Shown: positions 13,254 to 28,300 of the stretch, piece by piece | How the letters are laid out: each line of letters opens with the position of its first letter | Numbering within the stretch: position 1 is the first letter of the stretch | Assembly (NCBI RefSeq): GCF_022045235.1 | Contig: NW_027266266.1 | Coordinates: forward strand, 25,606,001-25,670,000 | Origin: Haliotis cracherodii | Taxonomy: Eukaryota | Direction: 5' to 3' | Length of the DNA: 64,000 nt | Notes under the pieces: model-generated | Told to the model about the DNA's origin: nothing | The model's input: only the letters and a program-made list of their open reading frames with translations | Database searches by the model: none | Program-made: the position numbers and the translations under genes

Positions 13254-13335
13254 CATGACTTACATTGTGGTAGGATTTCACAGTCACCTGGGTAAACAAC
13301 AGCACAAACTAAACAGCTGTGGTGGTATCACAAGA

Positions 13336-13596
13336 GTGAGTGAGTTGGGTTTAACGCTGCTTTTAACAGTATTCCAGTTATATCACGGCATGTCAGCTTA
13401 ATGTGGGAGGAAAGCCCACAGTGATACAGGTCTCAGACGTTTACAACCTCGAAGAAACCCCACGAGCACGGGTATGGTGCATAATCGGGGCGAACCGGGA
13501 TTCGAACCCACAATCATAGGTTTCTGGCGTGCCCAATGGACGCAACTCTGCACAGCTAATCGCGGCGCCTTAGACGACTGCGCCACCCGTGCCCCC
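13336..13596 (-). mobile_element. tRNA-derived SINE, family 3
   Basis: Head GGGGCACGGGTGGCGCAGTCGTCTAAGGCGCCGCG..GGGTTCGAATCCCGG; (ACTC)n tail. Confidence 0.85.
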
Positions 13597-14422
13597 TATC
13601 ACATGAACTACCTAATATCATACTATATCCATCTAGAAACAGATCCCAGGTTTGTGTACCCGAAAATATCAAGTAACCTCCCTGTTAACAATAGACCAGG
13701 CAAAGTTGTCGCAGGTGTGAGACGTATTTCAAATATGGCCTCACCTTCCACAATTTCAACAAATTCAGTCGAATGAGAACCAAGAGTGATGGACGAATGG
13801 AACCGGAGCCCCAATAAGGTATAAAGAAATTTTGCAATCCACGTGATGCCAGTCACTGCACTCCTGAAGTCACTGCCATGAAGTAAATCTTTTGTATATC
13901 GTCCAAATGTAATTTCTCTGTGCCGAACACACGTCCTTCACAATACAAGTGTGGCGGTGAGGTAGCCTGGTGGTTTAAGCGTTCGCTCGTCACGCCGAAG
14001 GCCATTGTTCGAATCCAAACATGCATAAACTGTTTAAATCTCCGCTGGAATAATGCGAAAAGCGGCTCTCACACAATACAAATTAAGTTTTACATATCAA
14101 TACATCAATATGTGTTTATGCATGATGAAATAAACCCAACATGGATTCTATGAAGAAATACATGTATACGTTCTGTCATGTGGCAGTATACATTACAAAA
14201 TTGATACATATCCAGTGATACATGTATTCACTGAATGCTAGTCAACAACCAACAATATACAACACATACAAAAACAACCAAACACTTCCATGATCTTATT
14301 CACAAATTTGCTTCATAATAAGAATTAAAGTTATAGACTGTGGTGCTATTCACGAAGGAAAAGCTTGAATGTCAGTGTTATGCAAGCATCATCATTTGAA
14401 ATGTTATATCCTTTCACTGATT

Positions 14423-14703
14423 GGGGTTACGGGTGGCCTAGTCGTCTATGGCGCCGCGATTCGCTGTGCAGAGTTGCATCCATTGGGCACGCCAGAAATC
14501 TATGATTGTGGGTTCGAATCCCGATTTGCCCCGATTATGTTTCTAGGTTTGTCAGCACCATACCCGTGCTCGTGGGGTTCACCGAAGTGGTAAACGTCTG
14601 AGACCTGCATTACTTCGCATATTTAGCTGACACACCGGAATATAACTGGAATACTGTTAAAAGCAGCGTTAAACTCAACTCACTCACTCACTCACTCACT
14701 CAC
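14423..14703 (+). mobile_element. tRNA-derived SINE, family 3
   Basis: Same family as 13336, opposite orientation; long ACTC tail; flanking TTCACTGAT duplication. Confidence 0.85.
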
Positions 14704-15284
14704 CCTTCACTGATGATTGACATATTGATAAGCTATGCTGAATATGAACTGGTTGCCTTTCATTCTGTGTTCGAGCACGTAAACTTGGCAGCACGCGGTC
14801 GCATGCATAGATCACTGGTCACATATTGAACGAAGAATAGGTGACCGTTTGACTTCATGAGTTTCCCTCATGCTTCGATCCCATACAGAAACACGTAACG
14901 TGTGTTGTCTCTTGTGACACCATATAGGGAATCAACTGGGGTTGTATATTCCTCAGGAAGTAGAGAATGAGTGCACACTGATCCACTGACCGTAGAAATC
15001 ATGAAGGGATTTGAGCCAGCTTCATTCTTGTTGAGTCTTGTTGAGGTGTATAATTGGCCACCGGTCCAACTGAGAAGTCCTCCCATGTAGTCCTATTTGG
15101 GACACATTCCTACCTTAGACGCGTGGTTAAGATTCATGAAGATGAGCACTTCAATGTCACGCACTCACTGTTTAATTAGATGGAAGGATCAACATTTCCA
15201 AGGACCTTTATGCTCATGTTCGAAAGGAGATTTGTGATTTGTGATAGTTATACTCATACAACATCATGCCTCATACAAAAAAAA

Positions 15285-15625
15285 CAGGTGAGGTGAGGTG
15301 AGATGCAATGAAGTGGGCTTCAACGTCGCGTTCAAGATTGCTGCACCTATATATATATAGTGTGTGTGCGTGTGTATGTTGGTGCGTGCGTGGGCGTGTA
15401 TGTGTGTGTGTGCTTGTACTATCCTGACTAATCACAGTTTTATAGTGCTAGCCAACTGAGATACCATGCCACAGTTTAACATGGATACTCCATTCAGACA
15501 CAGTTGACTGATTTTCCTTGTTTTATCCCCTCAATGCCGAGTACAAGGCATGGTAACAGCAAGTACCATCTTTTAACGTATTTTTGGTAGGTCGGAGTCG
15601 GGGATCCACTAGACCACCGAGGCGG
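15285..15625 (-). mobile_element. SINE family 4 (diverged) with (TG)n
   Basis: TTTATAGTGCTAGCC, AAGTACCATCTTTTAACGT and GAGGTGAGGTGAG landmarks. Confidence 0.7.
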
Positions 15626-15737
15626 TAGACTCATAAATATAATATGCGTTAGGGTTTAAACCCGTGTTGAAAGCGTTTCGTAGTGAAGTATAATATATAA
15701 AGAAGAGAACCATATTAACAGTTTTAAATTGACTTCA

Positions 15738-15743
15738 TTTATT
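15738..15743 (-). terminator. Probable polyadenylation signal of gene B
   Basis: TTTATT on + (AATAAA on -), about 180 nt past the gene B stop. Confidence 0.5.
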
Positions 15744-15923
15744 TAAAAGCAAAGCAGACATACTTACAGACAAAAAATAAGCAAATATTTCCTCTATCAA
15801 AAACACAATACACTTCCGATTTGAGACATGTGATGGTTTAATTATTTAATTATATGAACATGGATCAACAAAACAACAACACAATTCATTTCAAGCAAGC
15901 CTTCAATTAAATTATCTTTGCAG

Positions 15924-16260
15924 CTAATAAAGGGCTAGAAAGTGTGAATAAATGCCGAATTTCCCAGTTTCGGTATTTGCTTTGATTGTGACAAAGACGC
16001 CAGGTTCATTTGTATATGTTGTTGCAAGCAGATAAGTATCTGTGGTAACCTTTTGTTGAATTATGTCTGCAAATCCTTGTCTTGTACCGATGGTTACATC
16101 ATATTCAGTCTTCATGTTGAAACTGTCAAACACATTTGACCAGTCTACCGTGAGGTGTCCATTCACCAGTGTTGCCGTGGGCTCGACCCCTAAGAAAATG
16201 CAAGATGGATTCGAATTTCATTGTAGGGATGAAACACGACTGTTACTTCTTCTTATTTTG

Positions 16261-16327
<67 letters not shown>

Positions 16328-19300
16328 TTCAACGACTACTGATGCTGCTATTACCTTTCTTATTCTAGTAACTCTCGACTGGTATGCTACATTTCAAACA
16401 TTTCTGCTACAATGACTTCAAATGTTACCATGACATAATGATATCACTGCTATATTGATGTACATCTTTCCGAAGCAAGAGTGTCCACTGGCTAATATGT
16501 CTATTTTTAACCCTTGCCCTTTCAGGCCAACATTCTGTGTTAAAAAGAGAAGCTCGGGAGATGGCCATCTGACATATCGATAGTCGTATCAGAGAACGTT
16601 TTACAAAGTCAGCATCGGGGTTCAGAAACTTTGGCCGTTGTTATCGCGTGTCAATTTGCGCCGAAACTGTTAAAAAAATAGCGAAGATAAATATTTTCGA
16701 AGTCTTTACTGATTTGTAACTGTGCCTTTTATATATTGGATACAAATTTAATTACATTTTAACTCTAACACAGTGATTAAGAAGCAATGCTATTTTCTGA
16801 TGACCCAAGCTGAACGTCTCATGTTAGCGCGATGTGCAATGTCATATGATACTGTACATTCCGTGAGTCTCTGTTATTGTATAAATGAAAAAAGTCAGGA
16901 ATGATTATCTTTACACTGGCAACCTGTCACGTTGGTTGATACTGAAGGAAGGAAAACTTGAATCTTTTCATTATTTGATCAACAAGGTCGTCTTCTTTGG
17001 TAGTCGTCATCTGTGTGAAGACGTTCGAAATATGAACCGCGATCTGATTTGATGTCGTGTTACCGTAACATGAGGCCAAACCTGAGCTCTACATGGAGTG
17101 GAGCCGCGATCGAGACGAGAAAGGCGGAATTAAAATGGCAAGGTGAAAGCTAGACTTGATAAAGACAAATTGGCACACTTGCCCTTGGAAGATGTCTGAT
17201 GTCATATTCCACCACTGCTGTGCTATGCTACTTGTACCACAATACCACCTACTCATACGTACCTGTGATCAAAGGCGACCGGCTGTCGACTGTAATGGTA
17301 CTGTTGAGGATATTGCTGTACTGGACCCTGCCATTCACAGCGCGGACCTGGATTTCATACACATGTCCATCTTGGAGACTCAACCCGTCAAGTGTTGCAT
17401 AGGTCTTCTTTCCTGTAGATACCCAATCTTCTACAGGTCTACCATGTTCGAGAAGGCGACATTCATTGCTCCAGATCTCAGGAGTGTTCCCATTCTGCCA
17501 AACGAACTCTATGTGGTCGGTGTAAGGTTGCGTGGTAGTCGAGACGAGTCCTGAAGATATCTGATTGTCCACAAGGACTTTCAGAGAGTTTAGCGGGAGA
17601 GCAGGAGGGTGGTATACAACCTGCAGGGCTTCTGAAGTGATAGTTGTCTCCATATTTACATTGTTGATACAACGGACCCATGCATAGAGAAAACTGCCTT
17701 GAGGAGCAGGGATATTCTGGATTTCACAACTAGTCATTGCCAGTGATGGCATCCAAATAGGCTCGTAAGTATGTGGGGTTCCTGAAATTAAAAAAAACAC
17801 ACGTGCAAAGCATTTCAAAAGTTTGATTGCAGTGTTAAAACGATACTTTGAGGTTATGTGATCTTCTGTTTTCTGCAATATACAACACTGCTTTAAATAG
17901 TACTTAGTTATATTTTAACCTGGACATATTCAAACATCATCACATTTACACATTTTTGTTTGTAGAGTAAAAAATGTACATTACCATATGTACATAAGCA
18001 CCAGTCTATTCCACTTTCGTCATCTTCGACCTTCCACGTCATCTTAATAGAAACAGTATTAGAACCTTCTGTGTATTCAAGGCTTGATGATGCAAACCTA
18101 ATATCAGGTGGAGTGTGGTCGATGGTGATTGGCTTGGATGTGAAGATGGTTCTGAGACCAGCATTGTTCTCTGCCATCACCGTAACATGAACAGGGCTAC
18201 CATGTGGCTCTTCCACCAGAATCATTTCATGGTTGCTGACAGACGTCGGAGACAAGGCCCGGATCTGGTACCCTCCCTTGCTTGTTCCTGCTCCAAGCCA
18301 CACACTTCTTGTTCCGCTTTCTTGATCTATTACCCTTGCACAAACAGCAACAACAGACGGTCGAATTTGCCAAACTGTTATGCCATTTTCTGAATTGGTC
18401 TCTACTATGTTTTGACATTCACTGAGTGTTACATCTAAGGCATCTGATATATTAGTGCCGGTGATTGATATACTTATGTTAGTAGGGCCGGAATTGGGGG
18501 CCAGGAAGCTATGCGATGCCAGTGTTTGTACAGTTTTCTTCTCAAACATAGCCGGAATATGAAGTTTGCCAACTGTAAAAATGACATTTGTCGTGTGGAT
18601 GTTCAAGTCGCCCACAACCCTCATCTGATAGAATGTATTCTTCTGCAGATATTCAGAGGTGTGAAGTAGAATGGAATCATGTCGAAGATATGTGTAATTA
18701 GCAGAAGTGAAGTTCGATGTCCGGTCAAGAAAAGATGTGCATTGAAAGGCTTTTGTAGCTGATGTGTCAATCAGTATGCTTGGAGACTCAGCAGTACTAC
18801 TGCGAAGGCCTGCAGCATCAACTGCTCTGACTGCAATGTGATACCTCTTCTTCTCTTCTAGTTTCAGATTTTCTATTGTGATCTCATTTTCCATTCCATG
18901 GTACTTGAACATGGAGTCCTGGATATGTTCTCCCTCTTTTACAATCGCGATTTCAAATCTCTGAACATAGGAATGGTAGTCTTCAAATCCATGCCAAGAA
19001 GCCTTCAGTGTTGTGTTGGATGACTGAAACTCGATGTTCTTGTGGCGGTCAGTGTTGAAGACTACTCCAAGTACAGGTATGGCCTCATCAACTACAAAAC
19101 CATCAGACACTGCTATAGTTTGCAGACCAGCCGAGTTGGTTGCCCTGACGCTACTGTAGTATTTCGTTCCACTTTTCAGGTATGCCAGAGGAATCGTATA
19201 TGAAGTTTGTTTACCCACGGATGTTTGTGGTATGGTATCATCTCCTGGAATAAAAAAAATATATCAATACAGACGTGTCCACTGGCATAATGTTAAGTGT

Positions 19301-22300
19301 CGGTTCATTTAATTAAGTTATCAAAGGAGTATATTCGTACCTTCAGGTGACGTTCCAACCCAAATTTCAAAGCCTGTCAATGTTGTTTGTGTGTCGTTGA
19401 ACACTCCTTCCCAACACGATAATACTGTTTGTCCATGACTGAAATATTCCAAGTCCATTTTGCAAGACCCATCTGAATCCAGGGGTGACTTAGCCCTCTG
19501 AACTGCAGGTGGTGTGTGGTCAACCAGGATACTCTGAGACTGGAACACAGCATAATCACTGAAGCTAAACCAGGCTTTCACGTGGATGATATATTCTGAT
19601 CCATGCTGAAGTGATCGTCCTCGAGGAAGGCAGTGTATAAGCCTAGTACGTTTCCCTATTTCCCGCCATACAGATTCGGTTTTGAGATCAAATATTCCAA
19701 CTCCTGGTGATTTTCCTTTTTCGCCCATGCTCCATTGAAATCGAGTGATTGAGTTTAATACCCGCGATGATGAGGCCTCCCAATGGGCAGTTAGACATGA
19801 TGATGAGCTGGTAACTGTAGTATCTGCCTCTAATCCAGGATGTACAACTATATCAGTACTCTTCAGTTTACTGGTTGTATCAGTGCAGTTCTGCTGTGAT
19901 GAAGTCAGCAGACAACGCTGTCCAAAAACAGCACATGTGCAGTCGCCAGTGCAGTAATGAACTGAGCATGAGTGGCGTTGAAGTTCCAGCATCCCCTTTG
20001 TATGTTTCGCGTCAGTGGCAACAACTGCCATCGTCACCTTTCCTACTGCACTTGATAGGCCAGCGGTATTTGTTGCTGAGATTGTCAGGATTATATTTTC
20101 TCCAGTTCTTATCTGTTTACTGAGTATGAAAGAAGATGATTGCGAAGTAGTGTCTTTGTCATGTGGTATTTCAGCAATACCGTTCGACAGTTCTGTACCA
20201 TCAAATGTTCGACTAACAGAGATAAAATAGGCCTGGATTCCAGATTCGGTGTCTGTAAAGCCAAGCCATTTCAGGTTGAAACGTGTCTTGGTTACACCTG
20301 TGTCGATGATACTTTCCCATACCATAGGAGATTCGAATCCTCCCAGTTGTGGGGGAGTAGAGTCTATACGAATCTGGTTACTTGTGGTTGTGGAGCAGAG
20401 ACCTGCAGCATTACAGGCAGTGACAGTGGCAGTGTAGACATCTCCACTTCTCATTAGATTCCCTGCTTTGAAGAGGATGGTGGTGGAGTCCTGAGCGCCA
20501 ATGTGTATATTTTCAATAGCAGATGATCCATCGTGATGAGTAGACAGAGACACCATGTGTCTTTGAATGGGACTATCAACGTCTGTGAACTTCCATCGAA
20601 GATGAAGCATGGAGTTCTCCCACTGCACATTCACAGCAGAAATGTTTTTAGAGTAGGGTGATGTGAACGTAGGTTTTTCTGTTGCTACTGGTGGGGATGC
20701 GTCAACGATGAAGCTGTCTGAAGTAGATGTGGCAACTAGACCTGCTGGGTTTGTAGCATTCACAGTAACATACAGGGGGTGACCAGATGGCAGCTTAAGA
20801 CCAGTTTTAAGAATTGAGTCAGAAAGGAGGTTGTTAATACTTGGAAGGACATCACATTTTCCCGGTGATGTTCCAACACACCAGTCGAAGTGGTTGATTC
20901 CTGTTTCTGGGTCCTCAAATCCAAACCATTGTGCGGTGAGAGTGGAACTGAAATGACATTACAGGTAAGGTAAAATGAACAAGGATTGAAATACAACATA
21001 ATGCAGAGTGATTCCATGGAATGTGTAAGTACATGAAGTATAAATGATGTCAACGATTATCATATACACTTACTCATGGTGAATTAACACATTATTTAAC
21101 ATAATATTGAATATGGTTACACATGTCCATGATATTTGCGATGGTGTCCATCATGTCCCACGAAGACTCTGCCAGGTACTGGAGGCGAGTTGTCCAGAAT
21201 GATCCCATCTGATACAGAGGTTGAACAAAGACCTGCATGGTTACAAGCCTCAACACTGCAGTAGAACTTTATCCCGAGAGGCAAGTCTCCAGTCCATGAC
21301 ATTTCTGTTAAACAATCCAACCAATAATATGTGATTTCAGAAAAAAGGTTAAAAAGCGTTGGTCAATTCTAGTGTAGTAAAACCTGACGATTTAAAACCT
21401 AATTTATAAATGCCACATTGCATAAGGAACATTCAAATTAAATTTAAAAAAATAAAATGCAATTATCTAGGTATAGATATCTGTGTGTACCTGTTCCTAA
21501 TCCTGTATGTGTGTCCGTTTCTACGTCATCTAGATAGGGCTGAGTCCCCAGACTAACACGGAAGGAGGACAACCCAGAGTGTGGATCATCAAATCCAGAC
21601 CAGTGACAACTGTACCTGTCAGTGTAACTCTGGTAGTCCAGCTCCACCTGAAGCAATGTGTATGTGGGTGTAAGTTTGTGAAATTTTCTATTTTGTAATC
21701 TTCGAATTGTTTGGATTCTTAAATCAGGCCATACATTGAAATGTGGACTTCACTCGTTCCATTTATCAGTGTAGGACTCTACCTTGTTTGCATTTTCCCC
21801 ATCTGCAACAACACCTTTAGTAGGTGGTGACGTGTCCACAGTGAAGGTGTTGGACACTGCTGTAGAAGTCAAGCCAGCTCGATTTGTAATCTGAACAAAG
21901 AATGCAACAAAATAAAACGTTTCTAATGTTAATACATTCATAGAGTTATATTTACACCTTATTCTCCTGTTGGCATTGGTTTTGGTTTTGGTTTGTTGTT
22001 TAACGCCGTACTCAACAATATTCAAGCTATACGACGGTGGTCTGTAAATAATCGAGTCTGGACCAGACAATCCAGTGATTAATATCATGAGCATCGATCC
22101 TTGCAATTGGGATCGATGACATGCATCAACCAAGTCAGCGAGTCTGACCACCCGAATCCCGATAGTCGCCTTTAACGAGAAGCATAGTCACCTTTTACGG
22201 CAAGCATGGGTAGCTGAAGACCTATTCTACCCCGGAATCTTCACGGGTCTGTTGGCATTGGAATACCTATTGAAGCAGAATCATTGACAGTCTTGATTGT

Positions 22301-25300
22301 CTACATTAGGATTATTTGTAAACTAACGGAAAGGAATGTTTCTGTGCATCATTGACTATCACTGGCAATAATAAAGAAAGCAAACAAAGATTTTGCAAGA
22401 GAACGATATATTGATGTTCATGAAATATGAATTCAACATGAGAGTGTTAACACATATGAATGTCATCTCAGGTTGAAAGTGGCGTGAGGTCAATTGTCAG
22501 TTCACAACTCTGTATCGGGTATGGTCACCATTATAGGACACATTTGACAACGTCGCCTCACGTCAGCGGTCGATGTAAACGACGTTCCATTTCAGCTCAC
22601 ATTTGTTCGATGGCCAACAGATCTGGTGAAACAGGGAGTTTTGTTTTCCAAAGATGTCTGTGACCACATGTTCAACGTGGGAGCGTGTCCTGCTGTGACT
22701 ACCATGGATCTCAATGAAAGGCTGGACGTGAAGACGGATAACTTCGTCACGATACCGTACACCTGTCAAAATGCCACCAGTGATGACTAGAGGGGTGCTG
22801 TGATGTGCAGTGAACGGGTGAACCATGATTATCTTACCGCCGTTACTCGTGAACGTCCAGTATATATTCAGTCCTTGGTGTATGGTGACTGTATGGTGTC
22901 CGTATGAACACCAAATGCATACAGACAACGTTTGTGCAATTCGGGTGTCAAACATTCCAGTTGCACATTTTCAGATAACGTTTACAAGGTTTGGCCGTCA
23001 ACAAAGTTGCTTTTCACATTTAAAACACTTTAACGATTTATTCTAACTTGACTCGGTCCCACGTGCACCTGACGAATTTCTGACATTCCTTCGTGGTGTT
23101 CATGGATAAATATGACAAAGTGATTATCCAACATTATTCTTGAATTTCCATGGCGACTGTATTTTTATGTTACTTTTCTGATGCATATGGTTGTTTCTGT
23201 TAGCATATAATTAACTTTGTGTTATTTGTGTTTCACTACATCAGGTTTTACACTTAATGTTGTAAATGTAAACCTTCTTTTGTAAATGTAACTTACTTAA
23301 ACAATGAATTAACTGATTTGAATGACGAAATGTAACATTAATTCCTTTAAGCAATGAATATGCTGATTTAAATAACAAAAAGTACCATTAGTTTTGCAAA
23401 ATATCCATGTCCATCAGTGAACTTCTTCATGTGAATATCTGCAAATGTCCTCGTATATTTCGTTGAAGGCGACAGTGTTCCAGTGCTGGTCGATCCTATA
23501 GAGAGATATGTTGACAGGATGCCAGACTCAGGATCTTCGAATCCGGCCCAATGGACAGTCAACATGGCTCCAGACACCACACTATGGCTGTCAAGAGTGT
23601 CACCAATGAAGATATCGCCTGTCTTGGGTGGTGTAACATCAACCATTACAGCATCTGATGTTGCTGATGTTGAGTGTCCAAGTCGGTCATAAGCTGTAAT
23701 GACAACAGAACAACAGTGATGGCATGTTCTCATATCATTTTAGGAGAACACACGCGTTCTTTAAAGTGAAAGTGATTTTTACATTTTGTAGTTTATTCAA
23801 TTTAAGTTTGATAAAGTTAGTTGTTTGGGGAATAGTACTTGTGTTAAAGCTAGTAATCTGGACGTACCTTTCACATTTGCATAGTAGGTTTTGCCATTCT
23901 CTAATGTGATGTTCCAAAAGTGTGCGGTGTGTACAAAGCCAACATTTGTGAAGATCAGAACATCCTGGCCTCCAGGGTAAGTACCTTGAACACATGAAAG
24001 AGGTAACATATTGGTGGTTATATTAATCACACCACATATATTAGATAATTAATGGTCTTTTGATTTTGTTGGATTCTTAAATCATTATTCAGTACAGCTT
24101 GTCTATAACTGTTATGTCAAAGCTTTGTTTCTGTGCAAATATATACATACACTGACCAAAAACATTAGGGATCATGAATTATCTTATATATTCCGAAAAC
24201 ATTCAAGGAAACTAACTAAAATAATATTTCCAAAATTATTCATATTCACTTTGTTTGGTCAGTATATTTAAAGTTGATAACTTATAACTAGCAAGGTTTA
24301 ATAACAGGAGTATGCTAATGTTAAATACACCTACCTATGGCACCTGAGAAGTGAGTTATGCCTGACTCAATGGTATTGAAGATGGATTCTTGTTCACTGA
24401 AACCTGACCAAGCCATAACCAGAACATCTGTTTCTGTAAGGAACCCATTTTGTTGGTTCACCACCCAAACATCACCTTTGATAGGGGGCCTGTCATCTAT
24501 GATAACACCATCTCCACATTCAGATATTGTTAATCGAGTGTTTTTGCTTTGGACACATATATAATATTTCATGCCATCCATTAAATATCGACCATGGAAC
24601 TTAGCAAGTGGTCCTACTTTATCTACACTGGTGATACATTTGTCATCAGATTTACAATCAGGTGGAATGTGAGGATCTGTCATCAAATACCAGGTGGATG
24701 TCCGGCCTTGTAGTCCATGCATAACTCCCGCCAGTTTAACGTTAGACTCGGCAATGTCAGTATCAAAGGACGGAAGATTTGAAACTTGCAGCTTCTCCAT
24801 CATTGTGATAATTTTTGGAACATCCTTTTGGTCCACTTCAACAAGTCTATTCCCTTCTTTCCTAGTATGTTGAAGAGTTCTACACGATGTATCAGACAGG
24901 CCAGATGGACATTTGACTCTGACACAAATGCTGATGACACTGTGAGACTGAACATGGTCCTCAATACAGATGTCAGACTGAAAGGAGAATGGAAAATTAT
25001 CTCTAACACAGTATCCCATCAAGTAAAGCCCATCAAAACGCTTAACATGATGTGAAGGATATCCAAGAGAGCCATATATTCCTGTGTACAATTGTGGCAA
25101 GACTGTTATAAGGTATTATTTTTTATCAGTATTAATTCATGTATAAAAAACGTTACTACTACCTTTCCTGTGGCGAGTGACTGGTCCGTTTGCCAGCAAG
25201 TTAACGGATTGTTACGTTTGTCTGCAACTGACCACTGATAGATGATTGTCTTTACATCTTCTGGTTCTGCTTCACATTCAATACTATCAACGTGAATTGT

Positions 25301-28300
25301 CACAGCATGACAAGTTGATTTGGATCTATTGGTGAAGGATGCTGTCATTGTTACTTTTGGCAGTCCAGTGATAGCCTTAACACCATCTGAATATTTCCAT
25401 GGTAAACACACACTGTCAAAACAGGGCCTCACAAACACTTGATACACCTTGCCATGATCTAGGACCATATTCGTGAAGTCTGCATAGTCAGTGCCACTAT
25501 CAACAATAATAGAAGATAGGGTTTTATAACATTGTGTCCGGTTTTCGCAGTGCATTCTTTCTTTGAGGGCAGCTTCAAAATGAGTTGTTAGCGCTTTCCA
25601 AGGACCAGCATATGTCCAGTAAGATGACACTTTGTTCTTCGACAACGTGTAATCAGTGTCCAGAGAACACATGTGAATAGTTGCGTTGTTGGTGTCAACA
25701 GCAGAGTCAGTAATGTAGAACCGGGGATAATGTGTCAAAGGTACAAATTCATATGTAGCCAAGTCTTGCATTTTTCCATCATTGCTAGGTTTGGACTTAA
25801 AGAGAACATCATCCGACTTTATTTTTCCACTTAAGGATTGTTGAAACTTAACAATGTATCTCTGACCAATACCGAGAGAGGAAGATGCTTTGTATGCCCT
25901 CGTAATATTGATGTCTAAAGTTGTATCTGTGTCTAGGTCCAATCCAAAGGTGTTGTAAATGTTAATATCACATGCTACTCCATCAAATACCTTTAGGAGA
26001 AATTGTTCATCAGATGGTTGATCTATAATAATGAAACCATCAGATGATGCATATGATGTACCACTTGAACTGGTTGCTCTTACCGTAGCATAATAGTTCA
26101 CACGTGGTTTGAGACCTGGTGAGGTGATACAAACAAAAGTGTTGTTTACAACTCTGAATGGACTAATGTCACTTCCATTTACAACAGCTCCCAACGCCAC
26201 TTCAAATTGGACCATTCCGTGATGATGGAAGCCATTCCACTTAACACAGGACTTGTTTTGTGTGGAATGAAATTCAACATCATCCTTACTGTCCTCATGC
26301 AATGGGTCAATGTCATACACGATCCCATGTCCTGGTGGGAATCTGGATGGCACTGTAATCTTCTCTGTGTTGACGATAGTGAAATGGCCAGCAGAATTGT
26401 ACACATACAGTTCAAAGAGAAATGGTTTGTTAAGCTCCGAGTCCATCTCTTGCAGTCGTGTGAGTGGATATCTGATGCAACCAGCATGACCCTGAATCTG
26501 ACACGCTTTTGTGATGTGCTTTGAAGTTTGGAGAATAGGTGTGACATGAACCCCATCATGCACTGAAACGAAATTAAAAGTATTGGTTCAAATAAAAGCG
26601 AGAAATCCCTTTCCATAATCACAAGAAAACTAAGAGACTAACAATTGATATTCTGTAGATGGGGGAGGATGGGGGAGGAGTTCTTGTATAGAGGCTAGAT
26701 ATATGTTTAGCTACAGCTGCAAAACCAGTTTTTAAATAAAACAAAACTTTTACATTTTCTCAATGAATTGCCACTTTTGCAACAATGTATTTTTTGTGGC
26801 AGGCAACTTCTTTTTGTTCAAGTGTCTGAAGCCTTTTTTTATTTTAAAAGTATTGTCTGGAACAATTTATTAGTTCAATAAAATACCATAACTTGTGTCA
26901 TTGGGGATGCCTTCGTCTTGCCTTCATGTCATATCTCATATCTATAAGGAGCTCCAGTATTTCACATATTGTTTTATCAGTACCTTCGCAAATGACATTT
27001 GCTTTCATTTTGACACATTGTTCTGAACCTTTAAGATATAACTGCATCTAACGTTATTGGTTTATCCAAGTTATACTTTCATACCATAAACGTTTCTAAG
27101 ATTAATTAACTCAAACATAGACACTCTGTTTATAATAGGATGAGCTAATTATTTTGTAAGGTCTTACCGATTCTGTACAAAACAGTAAATTGGGAATCCT
27201 GTTGCTCTGAATCTGTGAAGGTCATATTGTTCCATGTTATAATGACAAAATCACCGCTTGATTTTGGTGATAAAATCTCAGTAACAGCAGGAGGTGTATT
27301 GTCAATCATCACTGGTCCAAACGTTACAACTGAAGTCAATCCAGCCTTATTAACTGCCTTTAGAAAAATGTAGAAGATGTTCTTCCCAGAAAAGCCAGCA
27401 TGATTAAGCTTAAAAGAGTGACGTCCTTTACTCGACGCATAGTCCAGAATATCTGGGTCATGAACTGCTGTCTTGTCAGATCCAAATCCTACTGAGAAAT
27501 CTCGCATTTGGCTTTCATTCTCTGAGCAGTTCCATTGAAGGTCTATCTTGTCAGATGGAAGAAAGATCACAGAGTCTTCAAAAGATGGAAGATATCTGCA
27601 GAGGCTATCGGCCATTTCTGTATCATTCAAGATTCCATTAACCTTAGGAAAGATGTAAGCAATCGTTGATGTGGACCCTGCTTTGCATCTCTGTGAACAT
27701 TCACTTGTCTTCTGTAACAGATTTAGTGTTAGATTTCTTTTGACAAGCCAGAGATCCCCATTGAGGCGTACAACATGTTCAGTTGATGTTTGTGCAGATC
27801 TCAATACGACATTGTAAAATGATGGTGGTGAAATATCCCTGATAATCCCATCAGAACAGGCGGCTTTTGAAGGAGTTAGGGCGGCATTGAAAGCTACAAC
27901 AGTTGCATAATATTTGCTCGTCTCTTCACGAATTGTAAACTGCGCAGTATTTATGCTTCCTGGAATATTGATCACATCTGTAATGTTCTTCATATCGTCA
28001 AGTGTCAGACACTTGATGTCCAGACCGACCAGGTAGTTGTTGATACCACTCTCATGGTCAATAAACCCTGCCCAGTTGACCAACACAGTATCCTCACTTG
28101 TGTAGTCCACATCAGGACCGTCCACCCCTCCTTCTTTAACGGTCCCTGCTTCAGGTGGAGAGGTGTCCACAAGAATGTCCAGGTGGTCGATGGTCCGCAG
28201 ATCTGCTTCATTTGTTGACACGACCGTGAAGTAGAAGGCCTGGTTGTGTTGAGCATGATTGGTCTTGTTTGCCACAAGCCCATTCAATTTCACAAAGTAG

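Noticed and set aside
14868-15086. 72-aa minus-strand ORF in the A-B spacer
   Set aside because: No recognisable motif, splice context or homolog in the window.
16063-16368. ORF with poly-Leu resembling a TM protein
   Set aside because: Antisense shadow of gene B's last exon running into a (CTA)n microsatellite.
16507-17190. piggyBac-like element (TTAA-CCCTT start)
   Set aside because: No matching AAGGG-TTAA right end or transposase found; cannot be supported.
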